Below are positions 26,138 through 38,799 of a DNA stretch of 64,000 bases, one piece after another. The position numbers and the translations under genes were made by a program. The DNA comes from Felis catus (lineage: Eukaryota): contig NC_058368.1 in assembly GCF_018350175.1 (NCBI RefSeq), forward strand, positions 155,126,001 through 155,190,000, given 5' to 3'. The stretch's first letter is position 1. Each line of letters opens with the position of its first letter. The notes below the pieces were generated by a model. That model saw only the letters and a list, made by a program, of their open reading frames with translations. It did not search any database and was not told the origin of the DNA.

Positions 26138-27809
26138 GAGTTGTTTTGTTTTTTGAGTCACTGAGGCAAATACAATTATTTCCAGGAAAAGAGATTACAA
26201 TGAATGGTTAGCATGTGAAGCATCACCATCATCCTCATCTAACATTTTGAGGAGCATGGTTTACAAGACATGCCAAAATCTCTCTTTTTACAAAGCTTAA
26301 AACCCAGACTCAAACGCATGGTTGTATCAGCTGATGAAGTTCAGAGAGATAAGGACACAGGGAGGCTGTAAAACTGGGAAGTCTCATTTTGCGTCACTCC
26401 TCTCCCACCCCACTTCCCTTTTGGTAACCATTAGTTTGTTGTCTAGAGTTAAGAGTCCGGATTTTTTTGGTTTGTCTCTTTTTTTCTTTGTTCGTTTCAC
26501 AAAACACATGTTTACATCAATAGAAACTCCACCTAAGGCATGATGAAAATATATGTGTAGGATCGCTATGGAGATTTAAAGATTGTGATGATTTAGGAAA
26601 TAGGATTTGAGACAAATGCCAAAAAACTGGAAGAAGGAAACTATGTTAGACAGCCAGAGATCATCCGGTCGATTCTCTTTCCCAGGAACGTGTCTCAGTG
26701 GCACTATTCTTGAAGCCTCTTCTTTTATTTCTCCTTCTCCCCCCACTTTCTCTCAGTAGTTACCATTTCAAGGAAGCTTCACACCCAAGAACTTACTGCT
26801 GTTAATGAAGCAAAAGATAGTAATGAAACTCAAGCTGGAAAAAAAAAATGTTTTAACTAACTTCTAATAAAGCTTCTTACAGATTAAAGCCATACAGGTG
26901 AAATGTGCATAATGCTTACTTTCTCACGGTGCTTTGATGAAATAAGCAAAAGAACATGAAAAATTAGCTGCATTCAACCAAACCTTTCCCCTCATCACCC
27001 TGTCACCCAACAGGCCACTAAATACACTGGAGAATGATTTTGAGAAACGGAAGACATGCTCCTTTGGTTCTCTTGATTTTCTCTCATTTCTGTGAATTTA
27101 ATTTTCTGTGTGAGCATGTGTCTGAGTGGGGCAGACAGATTGGTGCAGGGTTTCTTAAAAACAATTTTTTGCTCCATCAGACACAATATATTCTGCTGAA
27201 GGAGAAGAGAGCACTATACCCCAGGGAAAAAAAAGTTTCCCCCAAAGTTTGTTTCCTCAAAACTTTACAAAGGAAGAAGACATCCCTCTTGGGTGATTTA
27301 ATTTAATTGTTATGTTTTTTAACTTTGTTCTGGGGAAAATTAAGCAACCATCAGCTGCACTTCATAGACAAATACCACTTTTTGGTAGATAGAACACAAA
27401 ACTAGGAATCGGAAAACCAAAAAAAGAATCCTGGCACAGCGCTGGGTGATTTCATCTCCACATGCCTGAATTTCCTGTTTGCAAAATGAGATAGAGCTTC
27501 CCACTCGTCACTTCTTTCTTGGAGATGCTGTGAGGACTAATAGTCTTCACTCTGGTTTTTTTCTTCCAAGAAGCAGAGATTTTTAATGGTACAAAAGACG
27601 CATCTTGATTAGTATGGAGAGGGCAACAGAGACATGACTGGGTGCTACATTCGCCAGTTACAATCAAAGGCAAGGCATGTTCTGGGCTCTTGAGATGCTC
27701 ACAACTCAAAGGGGCATCAGACATTGAAATAGATCATCGAACGTGGCAAACGTCAAGATATACATGGGAACAGGCCAAACTGAGCTGAGTCTTAAGAGGT
27801 AAGAGACCC

Positions 27810-28000
27810 TGGAGGTTAAATTCACAGACTCTAGATTCCAGTTCTGAAACCAGACTTTGAGCTAAGTGAACGTGGACAAGTTACTTAACTTCACAGTGTC
27901 CCAGTTTCCTTATCTGTAAGGAGATAATAATAGTACCACCCTCATAGGGATAGTGTTTAAAACAGTCAGTGCCTGACATATAATAAGTGGTATTGTTAAT
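27810..28000 (+). mobile_element. MIR
   Basis: caagttacttaact…cagtttccttatctgtaa…ataataatagtacc…ctcataggg…cagtgcctgacata. Confidence 0.85.
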
Positions 28001-28315
28001 GTCATTGATTGTTAGGATGAGTAAAATCATCCAGGCAAGGAAAGGAGGCGGGGTGGGGGTGGGGGGTAGCAGCATGAACCACAGAGGCCAGTCAGAAACA
28101 GCACAAATGATTAGTGGAAACTATAAGAAATGTTCTTTCCCTAAAGCATAAAAGACCAGGCAGATAAGGCCAATGCGTGAAATTCATCGAGGTCTTTGCT
28201 ATGAGCTTGACTTTATTTTACAGGCAATGCAGAGCCACTAAATGATTTCAAGTACAAAAGTAATGTGGTCAGATTTGTGATTTGCTAAATAATCAAATGA
28301 AGATACTGACAGAAT

Positions 28316-28700
28316 ATGGTCAATTGTTTGCAAAATGGCCACAACTGTTTCTGTCCTTGTATCCATTCCTCTTTGTGTCTTTGGAAGTGTTCCCGTACGA
28401 GATTAAATATTTCCCAGCCTATTTAATAGGGGTTGGCTTGGGACTTGCCTTATCTAATAAAACGCAACCAAGTTGTGTTGTGCCAATTCCAAGCCTAAAC
28501 TTCAAGAGCTTCTATTTTCTTCTGTTGACTCTCATGGAACCCTGCCTCTCTACCATGGGATCAAGCCCATGCTAACGTACCTAACTACTTAAGTTACCTA
28601 AACTACCCACCTATAGAATGAGGAGCTAAATAAGTAGTTGTTGTTTTAATCCATTAAGTTTTTGGAGAGGGATGTTATGCAGCAATAGCTAACTGATACA
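28316..28700 (+). mobile_element. MaLR solo LTR (MLT1G/H-like)
   Basis: Starts …tttgcaaaatggccaca and ends ttatgcagcaatagctaactgataca. Confidence 0.8.
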
Positions 28701-29069
28701 CCCAGTACGAAATTTTTTAAAGGACTAAATTCAAATACTGGGCCTAAAATGGTTAATATACACGTGGACATGCCACTGAAAACATGATGAGTGCGATAAT
28801 AATGATATATATTTATTAGCAGGAAACTGTACATTTTACAGTGAGCTTTCATGTGCATTCTCACTATTATTAAAAACACTTGAAATAACCCAAGACAGGT
28901 AGCCTTATTCCCTTTCATAGAGAGGTTTCATGACATCTGGAATCAAGCAATGGGACATAGAACTGGATTATGGGATTTTGGTATCTGGTAGAATTTTTTT
29001 AAACTATATTAGTCTGCTTTCCCAAGAAAAGAAATAAAGATGGGATTTATTTTTTTCATGCATCTATAC

Positions 29070-30010
29070 AGCAACTGCTTAAGAGTTTTCTATGTGTGGG
29101 ACACTGTGCTGAGTACTGGGAACAGAGTGGTGAATAAGTCAGTCATAATCTCTGCCTTTGCGGGGTGTTGGTGAGGGACATAGGTGGGTAAACGGACCAG
29201 TACTAAAAATGTGGTAAGTGTTATAATTACAGAAGTACGGGGCACTCTGAGAACTTAGGGACTAAGGGGAAGCTTTCCAAAAGAAGCAACGTCTAAACTG
29301 AAACCCAAGGAATGACTGGGAATTGGCCAAGCAAAGAGAGAGAGAAAGCAATCCATGTGACGAGGAATAGCATATGCAAAGTCATGAAGCGCTCATGGCA
29401 CATTCTGAGAACTGAAAGTAATTACTCAAGTTTATGAGCTGTTCATACATAGGATGAGTGAGGAGAGGGAAGCAGGAGACAACAGCAGAAATTTGACCTT
29501 ACAGGATTCATAGAATTTAGCCAGCATCTTGAAGGCAATTGGAAGTCATTTAACATATTTTAAGGAAGGTCATGACATGGGCAGCTTTGCGTTTTAGAAT
29601 AACTCTGGCTAAAATTTAGGGCTAGAATTGAGAGAGGTGAGGAATGAGTAGAGGCAGGGGGCAATTTTAGAAGCCACGGCAGCAGTTCAGGTAAAGCATG
29701 ATGATGTCCTAGGATGGGGTAGGTAGCTATGAAGATGAACAAAAATGAATAGAATTAGACTTTGTGTAGGAGACAGACATAAGAGGCTTTGCTGTTTAAT
29801 TGGATATTGGTGAGAGGGAGGCAGATCCCAGGTTGCTGCCTTGAGCAAGTTAGTGAGTGGTAGTGTTGTTCACTGGTTCACTTAAATGGGGGACACTGGA
29901 GAGGAACCGTGTGGGGGAAGGAAATACTAAGCCCAGTTTTAGGTATATCAAGTATAACGTTCCTGTGGGGTGTCCAAAAGCAAATGTCCACTAGGCAGTT
30001 GAGGAAAATG
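29070..30010 (-). mobile_element. L2 3' portion, antisense
   Basis: ctatgtgtgggacactgtgctgagtactggg…; aaatgtccactaggcagttg. Confidence 0.8.
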
Positions 30011-30916
30011 GGGATGTGAAGAAGGGAGAATTTAATCTCTGTGGTCTCTTGAACAATTGTGGATACTTTGGCACAACTAGATTCAGCTGCAGCCTGGAAA
30101 GACCGCTTAGCAGCAATGGTCTGAGTAGGATGTGCCTTTTCCTTTGGTCCACAGGGGCAAGCAATTTGATGAGTGTCTTCTGGGGGGTTTATACCTCAGG
30201 ATCAGAGCTGGGTATCTGCAGTAAGTGACAGCAAGCTAGCCTTCCTAAGCCTTCTAATCTGGCAAATGCATGGGTGTGGATGATGTGCAGGGAGCAGCAG
30301 TATTATGTTCCAGCCCCTGAAAGAAGGCAGCAATTTTATTAGGTCACCCCTGCCTCTCACCGTCAAATAAACTGAGATAATCTACACTAACTCATTTCAT
30401 CATGAAAACATTTCTGTGAGGTCAGCACAACAGACAGGACTATCTATCCCCGTCTCACAGGGGAAGGCACTAAAACTCTCAGTATCTTGCCAGGTCCCAT
30501 ATTAGTAAGTGACAGAGCAGGGACACTGGAATTTCAGGTCCCCTTTTCCAAACACTGCGTCTTTTTCTTTTAAAAGGTGGGGAAATCAAGAGCACGTAAC
30601 GTATTCACTGAAGGATATTAGAAGAATTAAGATAACTTTCTCATTTCTGGTCTGGGAAATTTGAATATTGGTGACGTCTCCAGCCAAAAGTGAAAACTTG
30701 AGGACAGAAAAAGTTTGACCAAGAGTAGGACTTCAGTTTTGAGCTGAAATTGCTGGGCAAAGAGAGACCAGGCCGTCTCTAACGAGGGCAGCTCTTGTCT
30801 CTCTGTTGCTTCAATCAAGGCCCATTCTTTGGGTTGGCAGGATGGAAGCTGGAGCTTTCCAGGAAACCATCTCCTCAAACACTTCCACATGCACAGTCTC
30901 TTTATTAAAAAGACAA

Positions 30917-31127
30917 GGGGCACCTGGGTGGTGCAGTCGGTTAAGCGTCCGACTTCAGCCAGGTCACGATCTCACGGTCCGGGAGTTCGAGCCCCGCGTC
31001 AGGCTCTGGGCTGATGGCTCAGAGCCTGGAGCCTGTTTCCGATTCTGTGTCTCCCTCTCTCTCTGCCCCTCCCCCATTCATGCTCTGTCTCTCTCTGTCC
31101 CAAAAATAAATAAACGTTGAAAAAAAA
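30917..31127 (+). mobile_element. Young Can-SINE (SINEC_Fc1-like), near consensus
   Basis: Retains many CpGs, A-box (ggtggtgcagtcgg) and B-box (gagttcgagcc), and an aataaataaacgttg(A)n tail. TSD aaaaagacaa at 30907-30916 and 31128-31137. Confidence 0.97.
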
Positions 31128-32117
31128 AAAAAGACAATTTAAAATGGACCACAGTATATTGTAAAGGCAAATCAGGTTGTTAAAATTAAGAAAAAAGAAG
31201 GATATTACCTAAGACAGTTAACCCTGGCTCTAAATACAGCTCTGAAGCACCACTTAAAATACATTTATTGTATTTCCAGGTTTCCCACCAGGAAAAGGGC
31301 AGCATTTCCACTCACTTACTGAGAAGTATATGTGTCTTAACTGATAAATGTGTTTAGATGAAAGAAGCCAAAAAGGGTTTTATTTATTAGAAAATACCAT
31401 AACTAGAGCATTTCAGGCTATATTTTTCCTTACTACCTTTCTGACATTTTCTTTGAAGGTCGTGGAGATGACCGAGTGAAAGAGGTTCACAGTATTTGGG
31501 GTTATTTATGCAACTTGTTGTGGACATACAATTTAAGCTTGACCAGTCTGATCACTGTGGAATGAGCCCTGGCTAAGTGGTAGGGATTAATCTGCCAGGA
31601 GACAGTCTTCAGTAAATTATTTGGTAGGATTTTTTTTTTCCTTTTCCTGATTTAAAACATTTTCTTCCAATAAATAATCGAGTTGTATACTGGAAAACGA
31701 AAATGACTGACCTCTTCAGAAAGTAAAAGAAAGTCAGAAAATGGAAACTGGAGAATTTTCCCTTCTAGTGTCCACTGAGTGAGAAAACATACTTATTTAT
31801 TTGAAATACCAGCAAATGGGCTCCCACGTAATGAAATATTTATTGAAATTGCCACTTTGGCCCTCTACAGTTGCTGATAGGGTTTAACGAGAGTCAGGTA
31901 AGGAAGCCAGAGTGAAGGTATATCTATTTATTTATTTATGGTCCAAGCAGCTTCGACCATAAGGCTTACATTGGGAAATCATACAAGCAAGGCCATACAT
32001 GACTGACAATAATAGTTATTTTCCATTTTCATTGAATCATTTGCCACAGCTCAGGAAAATCAATCTTAAAGGATTTCTATATTTACTTAGTTCAGTATTT
32101 AACCCTTTATTCTGTTA

Positions 32118-32118
32118 A

Positions 32119-32181
<63 letters not shown>

Positions 32182-32186
32182 ATATA
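32118..32186. repeat. Compound (TA)n(TG)n microsatellite
   Basis: Read directly from the sequence. Confidence 0.95.
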
Positions 32187-32789
32187 CATGTTGGTTTTAA
32201 AGTGCACAATATTGAGCACTTATTCAACAGATTTTCAGAGTTCTATCACCAATACCTTGTCTTTTTTGTTACTCTATTTTCTTTAGTTACCTATTTGTTT
32301 CTCTAGCCTGTCTATACTTTGAGAATTGGTTTTATTTCACCAACATAAGCTAAGATTATTTCCTATTCCTTCTTGCTTTGGTCAAGATATATCTATCCAA
32401 ATTAAGACCATATCTGTTTGAATTGTAACAATTACCCTGTGAAAGCAATTTCAAAACAATTCTTAAAATAAAACATCTGTATGAGCTACGCTCCGAAAGA
32501 ATGAGAAGGCTCTAGCATTCTAAAATCTTATATACACAAAACAAAGACATTCGGGGGAGACAGGGGGCATCTCTGCCCTTCAGAGAACACTGGGTGATAC
32601 TGGGGCTGTGTGATTGTTCATGAAGTTCATCATGATTTATTGAGAGAGCTTGAGAAAGTCACTAACCGGACATTGTAAGAAATAGTCTCCAGCATTACTT
32701 AAAAGCATTCCAACATGTTTGCTTTTGCTATTTCTGGATTTTAGAAAGCTAATAAATTAATAGAACCGTAGAACTTTATAGTGTAAGTA

Positions 32790-32935
32790 GCCTTAGAGAC
32801 AAACTAATCAAAGTTCTTCAAGTTATGAATAAGGAAACTGGGATCCAGAGGCATTAAGTTAATTGAACAAAGGCGTGTAGATAGTGAGCAGCAGAGCAGT
32901 AACTAGAAACCAGGTCTCTTGACTCCTACTTAGTG
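32790..32935 (-). mobile_element. MIR
   Basis: aaggaaactgggatccagag…actagaaaccaggtctcttgactcc. Confidence 0.65.
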
Positions 32936-33099
32936 TTTTTTCAACAATTTCAAATAATTACACCATAATCATACACACACACATACACACATGCTAGGAA
33001 AACCAGCTATATACATGAGTCTAATAAAGTTTTCGAAGATCACAAATGATTTGAGCAAGCTGCCAACTCATGACCTCCATATGTGTTTCAAAGAATGTA

Positions 33100-33506
33100 A
33101 TGGATGCCATGGTATGTTGCCCAGATCCACCCTCCAAGACTAGTCCCTAACTCCCCCAGCTTCTGGAAATGTTGGCAGTCAATATTCTCAACAGAGTCTC
33201 CTTCTAGACTCGCTTTGGCTGAAGAGGGCCCAAGGTTAGGCTTTGCAGTGAATGACTAGGCAGTGCCAGGATATGAAAGCCCAGGCCCCTTAGACCAATT
33301 TGGGAGCCTTCCCAGCTCCCAAACTCCTCTCAGGCTCAGCTTATGCTTTTGCTGTCCCTGCACTCTGGTTCAACTTCTTCTCCCCAATCCTGCTTCCTTT
33401 ACCCCCTCCTACTGGTGTTGATCCTGAGAGCCGTACACCCCAAAATTCTGCCTTCCCGCAAATCTTCATCTCAGAGTCTACCTCCCGGAGAACCCGACCG
33501 GAGACA
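33100..33506 (+). mobile_element. LTR16-like ERVL solo LTR
   Basis: tgcccagatcc… near the start; ends ctcagagtctacctcccggagaacccgaccggagaca. Confidence 0.75.
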
Positions 33507-33507
33507 T

Positions 33508-33750
33508 ACAGTGCCATGGTTAAGAGGGTGGGCTCCAGAATCAGACTGCCTGGGTTTGAAAACTGGCCACACTCCTTTCAAACCGTGTTCCCTTGAGCAA
33601 GTTACTCTTTAAACCTCTTTTGGATCAGTTTTTTTGTTTTGTTTTGTTTTGTTTTAAATAAGAATAATATTAAGGCCTACCACATAGAGTGAGTACGTAT
33701 TATATGAGTTAATCCATGTTGAAGTCGTAGTGTAGTGCTTGGCACAGACT
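33508..33750 (+). mobile_element. MIR with an internal (TTTTG)n tract
   Basis: tggttaagag…cagactgcctgggtttgaa…ttgagcaagttac…gtgcttggcacag. Confidence 0.85.
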
Positions 33751-33757
33751 AATTGGC

Positions 33758-34275
33758 AGTATCAGTCAGGATGCTAAAGGAAACAGATGGCACATTCAAA
33801 ATAAAGGACTATTTACAGGGGTGTGGGCAGAGCTAAAAGAACCAATAAGGAATGGCAAAGCAGCCAGGGACGAGCAACAGTGGGAAGCCAGTACCAGCCC
33901 TGGGTCTGACAAGGGCGAGGAGCGAAAACAATGTTACAGATGCACAGTGTGATGTATACTGTCTAGAGAGGTCTGGGGCTCCAAATGAGGCAACCTCCAA
34001 CAGATGCAAAACAGGAGAAGAGCTCACCCCTGCCAGACCGCGGCAAGGGCGCTGGAGGATGAGGATATACACAGCGGGTACTTTCCCCTCCCACCCTCTG
34101 ATTTCCTGTTGGTCTACTACTGGTCCAACGGAACCAGAAGACAGCAGCAAGAGATGCTAGAAGAATCGGTATGCAGAGACCAGCACTCCAGCCCTCTCCC
34201 TGTCCCCACACACTCCGGAGAGCAGGGCGGGGCAAGAAGGGCAGAAATGGATCTAGAGAATAAACTGATAACAGC
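33758..34275 (-). mobile_element. LTR33-like ERVL solo LTR
   Basis: Begins gtatcagtcagg…ggaaacagatggcaca, the reverse complement of the LTR33 end. Confidence 0.7.
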
Positions 34276-34988
34276 CAGCATGGTTGTCCTCAAATACGAA
34301 CTATGATTTTTCTAATTCCTGCAATTCCTAGAATACCTGGCATTTGGAGTCTTGCTGTTTATAAATACTCAAGCCAATCTGAAATTTGATTCTAAGATAG
34401 AATTGGATTCTTTAAAAAAAAATCAACCTACCCAACCAGTCCAACCAGCATATTAGTACAATATCTGACACACAGTAGGTACTCCGTATATGTTAACTGA
34501 TCAACTCACTGATTTAACAGAAATGAAATAAAATTTTCTTTAATAGGAAAAGTAAAGAAAACCCTTTGGGAGATACGATTTGACTTTAACATTCTTAACA
34601 TATTTTCAAGTTACTGAAGAATTTTAGAATTGTCAGGGGTTACATTCACTACATTCCTAAAAAGAAAGTTAACAGATAAATGCAAGTTCGGATTGCTATT
34701 ATTTCTCACCAAGAGAACGAAAGGTTGCAAGAATTAAATTCTGCATACAAAAGAGAGAAGACACAATCCCTTCCCATAAAATGATTTTATTAAAGGTAAC
34801 AAAGTATATTCCACTGATGGGAAGTCCTTTTTTCACCTAGGTTTAGATCTTCAAGGGATATTGCAAGGAACAGATAAGAGAATTACTCTTCCTCTTATGT
34901 AGGAAGAAGAGTAAGTAAGGCACTGGAGTTAGCTGTGTAACTGTGTATACCCCACCTATCCTTTCGGAGTTTCAACGTTCGCCTCTGC

Positions 34989-35056
34989 AAGAAAGGAAGG
35001 AAGGGAGGGAGAAGGGTGGGGGGAAGGAAGAAAGGAAGGAAGGAAGGAAGGAGGAA
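34989..35056. repeat. Polypurine (GGAA/GGGA)n tract
   Basis: Read directly from the sequence. Confidence 0.9.
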
Positions 35057-35344
35057 TTTCTAATCCAAAGGACAAAATGATGTAACTCAAGTCATATCAA
35101 GTATTCAGAAGTGGTAGTGTAGTTTCCCATCTCAATACATATACGTTTATGTGCATACACTCAACTGCCTGGGACCTACCTGTTCACCATCAAAGAAGCT
35201 TGGACGTTGCCATTCAAGAGGGACTTGTCCCACATCCACAAGGACAATGAAAAAATTAAAGAGATCTCAGAAGGGTCCACCTCTTGATTCCAGACTCTGA
35301 ACTCTTCCAAAGCATGGAGCCCAGATCTTCTCCAAAGCATTCAA

Positions 35345-35499
35345 CCAGGAGTTCTCAATCTGAGATCTACAGTCTTTGAAACTCTCTGAAAAAAAAAAAA
35401 AAAAGGATCAAAAAATATGTAATTAAACAGAGATAGTCCACTGATCATAGGAGATCCTCGAAGAAGTTTATGACCCAAAGGAAGATTAGGATCCCCTGC
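35345..35499 (+). mobile_element. MER103C-like hAT relic
   Basis: caggagttctcaatctg… and …tgacccaaaggaagattaggatcccctg termini. Confidence 0.6.
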
Positions 35500-36119
35500 C
35501 CTAGGAATCATACCTAAGCAACCTCCCTAACCACATCCCAGCTGCTAGCCAATCTTTGCCTGGCCACAGAGGGAGCTCAAGTTCCCTCAACTAACATACA
35601 TTCTACATTTGGTTCACAATGGTAAAGAACAGAGAGAGCTTTTATCCGCGAATACTGTGGCTTTACTTCCTGAAGCTTGAATATCAGTTTACACAATTCA
35701 GTTTTCAACACATGTAGTCAGTTCTCACAGTCCAAAGTCCCTTTTTATTATTATTCTAGATTTTGCTGAGGCAAATCTTTTGATTGCCTGAAGGTTTGCC
35801 TGCAAGCTTTATGCAGTAGAAGTTTTAAGGCATTGGTAAATATTTATAAAAATCTCACTTCTAGGAATTAAATGTACTATTTTCATGTTTTGAAAACATA
35901 AAATGCTTCATTAATAAAGTAGTTCTAAGATTTATAAACTATCTAGCCTGTTTTATTCTTTTTTTAATTCAAGTATAGTTCACTGGATGTTTCCATGATC
36001 TTGAATAGCATATTTCATTAGAATTTAAATTCTAAGTTTGGGATTTTTTAGGTAAATACCAGGAAAATTTCTCTTTAACTTGATTAATGTAATAATAATA
36101 ATCCTATTTGATTATTAAC

Positions 36120-36585
36120 CGGCATTTGCTTGGCACTTTTTTTGAGCCAGACACCCTTCCAATCGCTTTATAGCTATTAAGCTTATTTAATCCTCAGCAT
36201 AATCCCACAAAACATGTAATATTATCCCCATTTTACAGATTAGAAAACTGAAGCAAAGAGATAGTGGTTAAGCAACATGCCCAGAGTCACACAGCTAGTA
36301 AGGGGCAGAACCAGGATGCAAATTCACACAGAAACAATAACAGCAGCCACAATAAAATTAAGAACACCTCATAGTTACTGAATATGCTACTCTATGCCAG
36401 ATATTGGGTTCAGTCTTTTCCCTCAACTACCTGATTTAATCCTCACTGTAACAATGTTATGTAGGTATTAATTTTAGCCCACTTTACAAATGAGGGAGCC
36501 CAGAGATGCTGAGCTAATTGCCCAGGACCACACAGTGGTAAGGGGCAGAAATAAGACTCAATCCAGGTCGGCTGACTCCACAGCT
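36120..36585 (-). mobile_element. Two tandem MIRs, antisense
   Basis: tttaatcctca…attatccccattttacagat…aaactgaag…gtcacacagctagtaag, followed by a second similar copy at 36370-36585. Confidence 0.85.
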
Positions 36586-37262
36586 TGGTCTTGTAATTAC
36601 AATGTTACAGAGATCTCAGTAAAGGAGGGTTGTCAGGCTGTGTCAGACCGAACAGCACCAAAGTTTGCTAAGAGAACAAACATCCCCTTCACTCTGTAAG
36701 CTTCCAGGAACTTTTCCTACCGTGGGACTGAAAAGGTTGAGGGTGCTTGATTCTCTGATTTACACCACCCTGGGTGCAGGCTTCCATCCCCCCACCCCCG
36801 TGTCCTCCCAAGCATGCCATTGTCTTCTAGCTGTCATGCCAGAAACTGTTCCAAGCTTCTCTCAGATGGACTTCAGAATGAGTGTTTGAAGGAATCTAAT
36901 GTGCTGTGTTCAGATGTCCTATCCACGGGCTGTGGGGACCAGAGGCGACAAGAGGTTACAGACACAGCCTCTCAGCTCCTGCACAGCAGCTGGCATTCTC
37001 CACCCCCACCTACGGAACCCCCTCAGGTCCTCACCACTGGAGACTGTTGTTAATCTTGTGTCCTGGCCCTGGGGGATGAGAATCTGGGCCAAGGTATGTA
37101 ACAACAGAGGAGAAGTCAGCACAATGCAAATAATGAAAATGCATTTCAAAAGCTTCATGCCTTACAAAGCTGCTTCACATATGTATTGTCTCATATGGGC
37201 ACTTCCTATGGGAATTATTAGAAACTGCAACTGGTACTTTTGAGTTTTTGTATTTACCTTTG

Positions 37263-37264
<2 letters not shown>

Positions 37265-37300
<36 letters not shown>

Positions 37301-37505
37301 TAAAGTTTATTTATTTATTTTGAGAAACAGAGAGCACAAGCAGGGTAGGGGAAGTGAGAGAGGAAGTGAGAGAGAATCCCAAGCAGGCTCCATGCTGTCG
37401 TAGTGCAGAGCCTGATGTGGGGCTTGAACTCACAAACCATGAGATCATGAAATGAGCTGAAATCAAGAGCTGGACGCTTAACTGACTGAGCCAACCAGGC
37501 ATTCT
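37265..37505 (-). mobile_element. Can-SINE, antisense, with an (AAT)n tail
   Basis: Reverse-complement body and (ATT)n at 37265-37300. Confidence 0.93.
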
Positions 37506-37707
37506 AGTCTCATTTTTATTATGTACTGCACTTCCTATAATGGTTTTAAATTTATATTTGACCTTTTTCTGTTTACTTAGCAACACTGGTACTTTCTCAA
37601 AACATATTTAAGTCTATCAGTATATTTTAAAGGATAAAATTATCATCTTGCCATAAATATTGATAGCTTTGCCCTCAATTTAGATGAAACCATAGGTGTG
37701 TCTTCAA

Positions 37708-38075
37708 TATGACTCTAGGACTAAGCACCCAGAATTATGAGTTTCTCCAACATTGAAGTCCTAATGTCTAAAGTGATGATACTAAGAGATGGGGCCTTTG
37801 GGAGCAATTAGGTTTAAGTTAGGTGATGCAATTGGGCCTTCATGATTGGATTAGTGCCCTTGTAAATACAGATACCACAGAGCTTTTTCATTCTCTGCTT
37901 TTGCATGAACACAACAAGATGGCAGCCTTCTACAACCCAGGAAGAAAAGTCTCGTCAGAACCCAACCATATTGGCACCCTGATCATGAACTTCTAGCTTC
38001 TAGAAGAATGAGAAAATAAATGATGTTTAAAGCCACCAGTCTATGGTATTTTGTTATAGCAGCCCAAGCTAAGAC
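37708..38075 (+). mobile_element. MaLR solo LTR (MLT1A-like)
   Basis: gatggggcctttggga…ggattagtgccctt…tggcaccctgatc…aagccaccagtctatggtattttgttatagcagccc…taagac. Confidence 0.88.
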
Positions 38076-38275
38076 TGATTTATATATACAGAAACACAAT
38101 ATATATTACATATAGACACATAATGTTAGTAGATAGATGGTAGATATTGATTCACGTGTATCAGAAAGAAGAAACTTACCTTGCATCAGTAGTAAGTAAA
38201 TAAATTTTAAAAAAGGAACAGAGATCCATAAGAGATAATCTAACATCTGAAGGCATTTTAGCAACAGAAACTTCA

Positions 38276-38480
38276 TTTTTTTTAAGTTTCTTTATTTTGA
38301 GAGAAAGAGAGCACATGCAAGTGGGGGAGGGACAGAGAGAGGGAGAGAGAGGATCCTAAGCGGGCTCCTTGCTGTCAGCACAGAGCCCAATGCAGGGCTT
38401 GAACTCATGAAGCATGAGATAGTGACCTGAGCCAAAATCAAGACTATGATACCTAACTGACTGAGCCGCCCAGGCAACCA
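38276..38480 (-). mobile_element. Can-SINE, antisense
   Basis: TSD caa(c/t)agaaactt at 38262-38273 and 38481-38492. Confidence 0.93.
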
Positions 38481-38590
38481 CAATAGAAACTTTAAAAAGA
38501 AAAAAATTTCCCAAGTATTGGTTGTGAGTCAGGGTCTGAAATAAGGTAGCAAGTCTAACTGAAGCAACCTCAGAAATATGCTGAACACAA

Positions 38591-38799
38591 AGGCTCCTGG
38601 GTGGCTCAGTCCGTTGAGCGTCTGACTTCAGCTCAGGTCATGATCTCATGGCTTGTGAGTTCAGGCCCTGCATTGGGCTCTGTGCTGACAGCACAGAGCT
38701 CGGAGCCTGCTTCGGATTCTGTGTCCCTCTCTTGCTCTGCTCCTCTCCCTCATGCTCTGTCTCTTTCAAGAATAAATAAAACATTTAAAGCAAAAAAAG
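38591..38799 (+). mobile_element. Can-SINE
   Basis: TSD gaaatatgctg(a/g)aca at 38573 and 38800. Confidence 0.93.

Noticed and set aside
30806..31120. 104-aa ORF
   Set aside because: Reads through a Can-SINE; typical SINE-derived pseudo-peptide.
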